A DNA stretch of 64,000 bases, taken from contig CBDEUC010000003.1 of the NCBI GenBank assembly GCA_965243105.1, positions 2,487,541-2,551,540 of the forward strand, in the 5' to 3' direction. Positions 10,659-17,972 of the stretch are shown here, piece by piece; position 1 is the first letter of the stretch; each line of letters begins with the position of its first letter. A program made the position numbers and the translations under genes. Source of the stretch: Gammaproteobacteria bacterium (lineage in GTDB: Bacteria; Pseudomonadota; Gammaproteobacteria; Eutrophobiales; Eutrophobiaceae). The notes under the pieces are model-generated. The model was not told the DNA's origin. It worked only from the letters and a program-made list of their open reading frames with translations, and searched no databases.

Positions 10659-10744
10659 TGAAAAATAACAAGCGTCTTTACCAGGGAAGAATGATAAGCC
10701 TGAGAGCTTACATTTGACTGGTTTTACTGTCTATAGCACCATCA

Positions 10745-11890
10745 TTGGCACAGGTGTTTAAACAACCGACTCAAACCAACAAAGCTTCGCAAAATACCGG
10801 GAAAAAAATGGCAGGGCCTAAATTTAACAAGAACCTGGAGTTCTATCATCGGCTGGTTGATAGTATTGAAACCCGCCCGGAATTACTCACGGACTATCTC
10901 ACTCCAAATGACAGGTTTTTTGTCTGTAATGCGGTGGATGCACCGTTTGTTGATGTGAATGACTATCGCCTTAAGATACACGGTGACGGAGTCAGTAAGT
11001 CACTTGAGTTGAGTTATGAAGAAATAACAGCATTACCCCGGCATGATCTTGTCTGTTACCTGGAATGCGCAGGAAATCACCGTGAATTATTTGACCGAAT
11101 CAAGGGTCAGCCGATTCTTGCCGCCGAGGATGGATTTGGCATGACTGAGTGGACAACAGGTGGTGTCGGTAACGCAAAGTGGGGAGGTGTTTCCCTTCAC
11201 GTTTTACTGGAAATGGCTGGCCTCGATCCTGCTGCTGTCCAGGTCAATGGCAAGGGACTGGACGCAGAGGCTGCAGAAGGTGGGGTGAGTCGACCCATGC
11301 CACTCGATAAAGCACTGGACCCGGACACCCTGGTGGCCTGGTCAATGAATGATGAGCCCCTTCCGGTCGACAACGGATTTCCGCTTCGCCTCATCGTACC
11401 TGGTTGGGTCGGCACCAACAGTATCAAGTGGCTGGGTGAACTCCTTGTGTCAAAGTCCCCTGTGAGCGTAAGCCGCAATACTGAACATTATGTATTAATC
11501 GGTCCGGATTGGCCTGCTAATGGCGAGGTTCTCGGCGAGGTCATCAATGAACAAAACATAAAAAGCTCCCTGGCGCTTCAATGGAACGCTACCCTGCCTG
11601 CAGGGCTGAATATTATTCGTGGTAATGCACGTTCACCCCTGGCACCGATTGCAAGCGTGCAATGGAGTGTGGATGAGGGTGCCAGCTGGAGCGAAGCGAC
11701 CCTGGTGTCGGAAAATACCAGGTACAGCTGGTGTCTTTTTGAATTTGAATGGGAGGCGACGCAAGGGGAGCATGGCATCCTGACCCGCGCGACAGATGCG
11801 CAGGGTAACACCCAGCCAATGACGATTCCGTTTAACAAGGAAGGTTACCTGTTCAACCAGGTATTTTCGCATCCTGTTTCGGTGACCTAG
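10745..11890 (+). CDS. Sulfite-oxidase-family molybdopterin oxidoreductase
   Basis: Conserved Mo-ligand cysteine context (YLECAGNHR) with a C-terminal dimerisation-like domain. An alternative start at M22 is possible. Confidence 0.6.
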   Translation: MAQVFKQPTQTNKASQNTGKKMAGPKFNKNLEFYHRLVDSIETRPELLTDYLTPNDRFFVCNAVDAPFVDVNDYRLKIHGDGVSKSLELSYEEITALPRHDLVCYLECAGNHRELFDRIKGQPILAAEDGFGMTEWTTGGVGNAKWGGVSLHVLLEMAGLDPAAVQVNGKGLDAEAAEGGVSRPMPLDKALDPDTLVAWSMNDEPLPVDNGFPLRLIVPGWVGTNSIKWLGELLVSKSPVSVSRNTEHYVLIGPDWPANGEVLGEVINEQNIKSSLALQWNATLPAGLNIIRGNARSPLAPIASVQWSVDEGASWSEATLVSENTRYSWCLFEFEWEATQGEHGILTRATDAQGNTQPMTIPFNKEGYLFNQVFSHPVSVT

Positions 11891-12095
11891 CTTATACACC
11901 GACTCACAACTGGCGAGTCTATTATCACCGGTACAACTGCATTTTTTCACGTTTGAGTCCTGTCTTTTAATTGCAGCACCACCATTCGCTGTCATATGCG
12001 GCACCAGGTAAAGCGCGCAATTATTGACCTGGATCATGGTCGAATTCTGCTGTCGTTTTAAGCTATTGATACAGCTTTCAAAACGGAGGTAAACC

Positions 12096-12650
12096 ATGAC
12101 CGGGATAATCGATACTATCCACGCGGATCACCGTAATTATTCGGTGCTTTTATCGATGCTTAATGCTGACATTGATAACATGAAAAAAGGTGAGAAAGCT
12201 GACTTTATCAGGCTATATGACATCATGAATTACATGATTAATTATCCGGATGTAAAGCATCATCCTGCTGAAGAGATCATTTTCGAACGACTCGAACAAA
12301 AGCAGCCGGAAATAAAAGAAGAGGTCACGCAGCTCGTGGAAGAGCATCGGCAACTGGCTGAGACAGGGCGTGCTTTACAGGAAAAACTTCAGCAGGTCAT
12401 CGGTGGGGGCATAGTCTCAAGGGAGTCGATCAGTGACGCTGCCAGGGATTACTATGAACTGCTGTCAAATCACCTGAACTTTGAAGAAGGCAAGTTGCTG
12501 CCGCTGGTGAAGCAGTCTTTCTCTGACGATGACTGGCAGAATATACAAGTCAGGCTCTCTGAAGATGAAGATCCCTTGTTTGGAAACGCTATTGATGAGC
12601 AATTTACAAACCTGTTACAGCGAATTTCAGAGTACAGGAATCTAAACTAG
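12096..12650 (+). CDS. Hemerythrin-like domain protein
   Basis: His/Glu-rich helical protein (DHRNY..., KHHPAEE...). Family assignment is tentative. Confidence 0.4.
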   Translation: MTGIIDTIHADHRNYSVLLSMLNADIDNMKKGEKADFIRLYDIMNYMINYPDVKHHPAEEIIFERLEQKQPEIKEEVTQLVEEHRQLAETGRALQEKLQQVIGGGIVSRESISDAARDYYELLSNHLNFEEGKLLPLVKQSFSDDDWQNIQVRLSEDEDPLFGNAIDEQFTNLLQRISEYRNLN

Positions 12651-12680
12651 TTTCTTGTCCAGCAGGGGCAGGGTAGAGAG

Positions 12681-12715
12681 CAAATAAAAACCCCGCCCGG
12701 GAAACCGGGCAGGGG
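12681..12715. terminator. Rho-independent terminator serving a convergent gene pair
   Basis: GC stem ccccgcccgg/ccgggcagggg with a gaaa loop. A T-rich tract follows on the minus strand (caaataaaaa on plus). Confidence 0.5.
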
Positions 12716-12743
12716 CTTGTCAATCACTGTATTTAATCGTCTA

Positions 12744-13226
12744 TCAGGGCTGGTAGGGCAGGGAAGAATGATGCAGCACAATTCTCAGCGTTCCTTCTTC
12801 GTCTTTCTTATAGCCCCAGCTTTTATCAAGCTTGGTGACGTTGCCATCCTTGTCAGTGCAGATCACCCAGCCCATCCACATTGCCACGTCTCCCTGGATG
12901 AAAGTGGCTGAAGTCTCAGAAACCACGTTGCGCCACCCCTTGATCGCAAAACCACCATCCAGCGGATAGTCATCACTGTGACCGACGAAGTAGGATAGTG
13001 CACCTTCTCTCGTTGGTCGGAAAGTTTGTTCGCCGCTTGCGAGGGTCGGCTTGAACAGGACCGGACCCATGTTATAACCATAGGCAGCATCAAGCGCGCC
13101 GTTGGCCATTTCCGTCGCAGCATCGATACCGCCGTCTTCGAAAGCTTTTGAAATAGCAACCAGGGCATCGCCCCATATCTTGCGTGCTTCTGTCAGTTCC
13201 TGTTCCGTAATCGTAGTTGTCATCAT
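12744..13226 (-). CDS. Hypothetical protein, NTF2-like/SnoaL-like fold suspected
   Basis: 160 aa with no diagnostic motif. The size and sequence feel of NTF2-like proteins. Confidence 0.3.
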   Translation of the reverse strand: MMTTTITEQELTEARKIWGDALVAISKAFEDGGIDAATEMANGALDAAYGYNMGPVLFKPTLASGEQTFRPTREGALSYFVGHSDDYPLDGGFAIKGWRNVVSETSATFIQGDVAMWMGWVICTDKDGNVTKLDKSWGYKKDEEGTLRIVLHHSSLPYQP

Positions 13227-13474
13227 TACACTCCATAATAAGCACCATGAAGGTGCACCTGGTTTTAATTGTGAGCCAGCGAGTCAGGCCGTAGCTGTTT
13301 TAATACTGTAAAAGCTGCATTCGAGCCGACGAAGATGGGCACAGTAAGAGGCAGCCAGATAGAAGTCAATAGAGGAAAGTTCGAATAAAATTTAGTAAAA
13401 ACTCGAAAAAATCGAAGTTTCCACTGAGCAAAGAAGGCTCCTGTGCCGGTTGACATCCCAGCAACCGGGGAGTG

Positions 13475-14185
13475 TCAAAAAGAATGGTGCAGGCTGACCT
13501 GGATTTGCCCCTTGTCGACGTTGCTGGTTGCCTGGTGCATATAGCCGCCCTGTATTTTGAAGTTCTTTGTAAGGCTGTATCCAAGCGCGGCATAGAGACG
13601 ATTTCGATCAAAGGTTTTTACGCGCCGACCGTTGCCAATATTTTTTTCCAGGTTGAGAAAGATCTCGTTATAAATTGCAAGATACCAGGTGCCCGGGTCA
13701 ATGTGGGTGTTATTCAGTGGAATATCCATGAACAGTGCGTAGCGGAAACGAGTGCGAAAGTCCTGGTCCTCCACCCATCGCTGCTCTGTACGAAATCGGT
13801 GCCTGAACTTGAGGCGTTCGCCAAGCCCGTGCCGAACCAGGGCTTCCTGGTAAATACGGTGTTCATTGCTGGTGGCATCGCTGTCCCCAAAAGCACCGGA
13901 AGTAATATTGGCGTAACCCTGTGTCAGCGTCACAACCTTGTTCCTCGTGGTCCAGGTCAGCCCACCCCTGAGCAACAATTGCTCCAGGTCACCACCAAGA
14001 TCCCAGTTACGATATTGCACATCTCCCTGCAGACCCCATTGCGATCCTTCAAATTGTTTGGCGAAAAAGTACATGTACCATGCGCCAGTATCGTCCTCGT
14101 CGATAGCCTGCTGCGCAAAGGAAACGCCGGGCAGCATCTTCAACACCAGGATAAGGCACAGTAATTTCTTGATTGGCTTATTCAT
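13475..14185 (-). CDS. Outer-membrane beta-barrel protein (DUF2490-like)
   Basis: Signal peptide ending SFA after the internal start MNKPIKK. Aromatic-rich alternating beta strands and a C-terminal F. Confidence 0.5.
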   Translation of the reverse strand: MNKPIKKLLCLILVLKMLPGVSFAQQAIDEDDTGAWYMYFFAKQFEGSQWGLQGDVQYRNWDLGGDLEQLLLRGGLTWTTRNKVVTLTQGYANITSGAFGDSDATSNEHRIYQEALVRHGLGERLKFRHRFRTEQRWVEDQDFRTRFRYALFMDIPLNNTHIDPGTWYLAIYNEIFLNLEKNIGNGRRVKTFDRNRLYAALGYSLTKNFKIQGGYMHQATSNVDKGQIQVSLHHSF

Positions 14186-14654
14186 ACGGGGCGGGATTAT
14201 GCACAAATACATCGGTGTTCTTCAATTTTTATGCAGCGCTTGGCGAGGGGTAAACGCGCATTCGGGTAAGTTTTCGCGTCGAACATCAGCGCCAGGCTGC
14301 GTGGATATCTTGAAAGTCTTGCTTGTCATGGCAATGGATTATAACCGTATTTGTCACCCATTTGAGGTAGTCAGTGTCAGAATTCCGTAAGCGAAAAGCA
14401 GTAATATCTCCTGCGCTGACATAAATCTGTCCTTATTTGATGCATACCGGGCCAGTCCCTGCTGGCAGCCTGCCTTCACTTGCGGGTTCGCTCGATTAAC
14501 GATTATCATTTGTCGACTTTCCTTGTCTTATACATCTCGAATGTGTTTTCGAAACTGCTTTCGAACATCTTTTGAGTAGATTTGCTGAGTCCAATCTATA
14601 AATAAAAACAACAATTCAGGGGTCTGAATCGTCGCAGGGGGAACCGCGAGGGAA

Positions 14655-15467
14655 ATGGAGGAAAAGAGTCCGGAAGATGCAGGGTTGCCTTCGCCCGAGA
14701 GCCTGGTGCAGGACATTGGGCGGGGCAGGTTACAAGCTGAGGGCTTACTCGTCTCCCGTTACTGGCGCAGCCTGTATTTCATACTCCAGCGCCGAAGCAA
14801 TGATGTTGATCTCGCTGCTGACATTGCCCAGGACACCTTCATGGTGGTCATTCGCAAGGCCCGCAATGGTGAAATAACCAATCCTTCTGCTGTCGCCGCG
14901 TTTATTCGCCAGACCGGTATTAACCTGCTTATCGCGCATTACAGGAAGGAAAAAAGAAGAAATACAGAGGCTGACAGCGATATTATTCTTGACGCCGCCG
15001 ATAGCTCACCTGGCCTGTTACAGTCAGTAGAAGCAGAAAAGGTATTCGAACTCGTCATCCAGGTGCTGGAAGAGTTAAAGGTCGAAAGAGACCGCGAGAT
15101 TCTAAAGGCCTATTTTTTACATGAAGAAGAAAAAGCCGCGATATGCGACCGCCTGGGGCTGAGCCACGAACATTTTGACCGGGTACTTCACAGGGCCAGG
15201 GGCAGGTTAAAGCAATTACTTGAATTCAAGTACGGGGAAATCAAGCTAACTGGTGCAGAAGAGAGCATCGCCAGTACCCTGTTACTGATGCTTTTTCTCA
15301 TTGAAACAGCTCATATTCCTTATCATCCGCATAATTTCTCTAATTCTGCATTTACAGTGAGAGAACCGCACTCTTCCCATCACTATGAAGGCAGAAACGA
15401 GATTTACGGAAGAATCTTCAACTCGGGAGGGGAGGACAGCTATACCTGTCCCATGAAAACCAGTTGA
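14655..15467 (+). CDS. ECF-type RNA polymerase sigma factor with a roughly 80-aa C-terminal extension
   Basis: Sigma-70 region 2 (DIAQDTFMVV) and region 4 (REILKAYFLHEE...). The extra C-terminal segment includes a hydrophobic stretch. Confidence 0.75.
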   Translation: MEEKSPEDAGLPSPESLVQDIGRGRLQAEGLLVSRYWRSLYFILQRRSNDVDLAADIAQDTFMVVIRKARNGEITNPSAVAAFIRQTGINLLIAHYRKEKRRNTEADSDIILDAADSSPGLLQSVEAEKVFELVIQVLEELKVERDREILKAYFLHEEEKAAICDRLGLSHEHFDRVLHRARGRLKQLLEFKYGEIKLTGAEESIASTLLLMLFLIETAHIPYHPHNFSNSAFTVREPHSSHHYEGRNEIYGRIFNSGGEDSYTCPMKTS

Positions 15468-15478
15468 GAGTGAATTAA

Positions 15479-16117
15479 ATGGATAAAGACTACATAGAAG
15501 AGCAGGACATTTCGGGTAAATACCTGCGTGGCGAGTTAACTGCTGAAGAAATAGAGAGCTTTGAGCTTCTGTTCATGGATGACCCGGAACTGTTGGAGCG
15601 ACTTGAACTTGACGCAGCGTTTTTTCGACATGCAGGTGGTGCGCACGAAGAAATTGATAATGTTAATAAAAACAGCACTTGGTTATCGTTTATCCAGGTT
15701 GCCATGGGCATGGCAGCGGGTGTACTGATCATGACTTTTGTACCCCAGTTAACCAGGGATGATGAGGATTTACTGGACACCCTTGGTATTGCCCAGGTCG
15801 AATACATTGATGAACTCAGGGGTGTTGATCCGGGTAAGGTTCCAACACGCTCGATTGAGTTAAACAGTAGCGCAGAGAACCTGGTGATTGTCATTGATAC
15901 CGGTGACATATTAAACATGTCCTATGACATCGTTATTAACAGGAACTCAGGAAACAGGCAGGTGGTCTCCAGCGTTATTAATGTCGCTGATACAACGGGT
16001 GAACTTGTCATTTATATTCCCGTGAGACTTATTAGTGAAGATGTTTATGTCCTGACAATGTATGAGAGTGGCACTCGTGATGTGATGAAAACATTCTTTC
16101 TTGATGTAAGCCATTAG
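15479..16117 (+). CDS. Single-pass membrane protein in the anti-sigma position (putative anti-sigma factor)
   Basis: Lies 12 nt downstream of the ECF sigma gene. Cytoplasmic N-terminus, one TM (WLSFIQVAMGMAAGVLIMTFV), periplasmic C-terminus. No zinc-binding anti-sigma motif. Confidence 0.4.
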   Translation: MDKDYIEEQDISGKYLRGELTAEEIESFELLFMDDPELLERLELDAAFFRHAGGAHEEIDNVNKNSTWLSFIQVAMGMAAGVLIMTFVPQLTRDDEDLLDTLGIAQVEYIDELRGVDPGKVPTRSIELNSSAENLVIVIDTGDILNMSYDIVINRNSGNRQVVSSVINVADTTGELVIYIPVRLISEDVYVLTMYESGTRDVMKTFFLDVSH

Positions 16118-16145
16118 CACGGTTCTACATTGCCCTGTAGAAAAA

Positions 16146-17444
16146 ATGAAAAAAAAAGATATACGGGCACTTATTCCGGAGATAGCGACGAGCATGACGG
16201 GTGCCAGTTATGGCTCTTCTACATTGAGCGCCGGTATGACCTACCTGGGTCAGTTTATCTCTCACGAAATCGTTCCTAACACCATAAAGCTGACTACTTC
16301 ACGGGTAGTCACAAGAGAACTTAACCTTGACAGCGTCTATGGTGACAACAGTCTTTACACCAACCTGCTCGGGGATAAGGATAATATTTTCTTTCGCAAA
16401 AACGGGCGGTTTGTCCTGAATGAAAACAATCCGCATGACCTGAACAGGATTGAAAAGGGCCCCTTGAAGGGAACCGCCGTTATACCGGAGCAGCGTAATG
16501 ATGAAAACATGATCATTGCGCAACTGCACCTGCTGTGGCAAAAGTTACACAATGCCCTGATGGATAAAGGTATCGCAAGGAGTGCCCTGGATGCGCGAAA
16601 GATAGTCACGCTCATGATTCAGGTGGTTATTATCGAGGATTACCTGCACCAGGTGCTGGACGAGAATGTGTTTCACGCTTACTTCAGAAGCAGCAGGAAA
16701 TACCTGAAATTCGATTTCACCAGCATCCCGACTTTTTTTTCACACGCTGGTTTCCGCTTCGGGCATAGCATGGTCCGTGAAGTCTATGAAGTGAACAACG
16801 GCAGGAAGCTGCCCCTGTTAAGTCTCTTCGGCAGTGAAATGCCTATCCCGGGCGACAAGGCCATTTCATGGGACAAGTTTTTTAGAATCGACGGTAGTGA
16901 AAGTGCGCAGAAAGCGCTTGAAATAAATACTTTTATCAGCACACACATGAAAAGCATACCAGGCAGTGGTTTGCATAACATCACAACCCATATTATCGAG
17001 CGTAATCTTCTTGCCGGGTTGGAAGCCGGTTTGCCAGGTGGTAAGGAGTTTGTACAGTCAGTTATGGAACAATGCAATCGCTGCGACATCAAGAAAGACC
17101 TTGACCTCCACCTGCTGGAGGATATCTCGCAGGCTTCTTTCAGCGATGTCAAAGGCCTTTCCATTGATAACCTGCCATTGTGGCTCTATATCCTTTACGA
17201 GGCACAGGTGGAACATTCAGGTTTCAGGCTGGGCGTCCTCGGAAGCATGATCGCCGCGGAGGTATTAAGTGCCTCAATGTCCGGTGCTGCTATTTCCGTA
17301 TATAAGAATGACACTTACGAGGTAGATGAAGTTATGGAAATGCTTGACGAATTAGTTCCGGGATTCACGTCGGGATTTGATGTGAATTTCAAACAGGCCG
17401 ACATGTTCATGTCGAATTTGATCAAATTTGTGGAAAACAGCTAG
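16146..17444 (+). CDS. Short bacterial haem peroxidase of the peroxidase-cyclooxygenase (animal haem peroxidase) superfamily
   Basis: Distal-His region LGQFISHEI. REHNR-like helix RNDENMIIAQLHLLWQKLHN. Proximal FRFGH motif (AGFRFGHSMV). No signal peptide. Confidence 0.5.
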   Translation: MKKKDIRALIPEIATSMTGASYGSSTLSAGMTYLGQFISHEIVPNTIKLTTSRVVTRELNLDSVYGDNSLYTNLLGDKDNIFFRKNGRFVLNENNPHDLNRIEKGPLKGTAVIPEQRNDENMIIAQLHLLWQKLHNALMDKGIARSALDARKIVTLMIQVVIIEDYLHQVLDENVFHAYFRSSRKYLKFDFTSIPTFFSHAGFRFGHSMVREVYEVNNGRKLPLLSLFGSEMPIPGDKAISWDKFFRIDGSESAQKALEINTFISTHMKSIPGSGLHNITTHIIERNLLAGLEAGLPGGKEFVQSVMEQCNRCDIKKDLDLHLLEDISQASFSDVKGLSIDNLPLWLYILYEAQVEHSGFRLGVLGSMIAAEVLSASMSGAAISVYKNDTYEVDEVMEMLDELVPGFTSGFDVNFKQADMFMSNLIKFVENS

Positions 17445-17455
17445 GAGGAGGAAAG

Positions 17456-17950
17456 ATGGCTAAAGACTATAAGAAGGAAACGGACTGGGCGGCAGGGCCC
17501 CACAACGTATCGACAGCTATATTCGAGGTGGATAATTCCCAGGCAGAAAAACATACCGATCTACATCCGTATCTTCCCAGTGACAATGGCAAGTACAAGT
17601 TCAAATCGCTGGTGTATCCCGACGGAGCGGGTGGTCACTTTATTTTCCAGATACCCGATGATAACGGGCCATGGGATAAAAACATGGGCGTTATTATGCG
17701 TTCGCTGAAGTTAAAATTGCAGGATGATGAAAAAGGTAATCCTTACCTGCTGGACGCAAATGTCAGCTACGATCTGAAAGGGGGTAGCATTGGTAATGAT
17801 CCCGGTTGGGATGTCACCGAGTGGCGTGTCGATGTTGCGAATATTGGTAGGGAGGATGAAGAAATCCTGGACACGGTTACCTGGACCAAGGAAGGTGTAG
17901 GTACGATCCAGACCTTCGCCAAGTGGCGTCCTTACAAAGAGCTCGCATAA
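17456..17950 (+). CDS. Hypothetical 164-aa protein with no recognisable family
   Basis: Strong RBS (TAGGAGGAGG) 6 nt before the ATG. Sits between the peroxidase and CHAT genes with 11-nt and 22-nt gaps. Confidence 0.5.
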   Translation: MAKDYKKETDWAAGPHNVSTAIFEVDNSQAEKHTDLHPYLPSDNGKYKFKSLVYPDGAGGHFIFQIPDDNGPWDKNMGVIMRSLKLKLQDDEKGNPYLLDANVSYDLKGGSIGNDPGWDVTEWRVDVANIGREDEEILDTVTWTKEGVGTIQTFAKWRPYKELA

Positions 17951-17972
17951 ACACACAGGGCAGGTTGTCAGC

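Noticed and set aside
10714-10737. TTGACT ... TATAGC elements upstream of the Mo-oxidoreductase gene as a sigma-70 promoter
   Set aside because: The spacer is only 12 nt, and the -10 would sit 8 nt from the annotated ATG. This is not a credible promoter geometry.
13446-13468. 7-bp stem hairpin (CCGGTTG/CAACCGG) immediately 3' of the DUF2490 gene
   Set aside because: There is no adjacent T-tract on the minus strand, so it is ambiguous. Noted only.
13938-14390. 150-aa plus-strand ORF upstream of the ECF sigma gene
   Set aside because: It overlaps the 5' end of the DUF2490 gene on the opposite strand and the long ECF leader. Cys/Ser/Pro-rich low-complexity translation.
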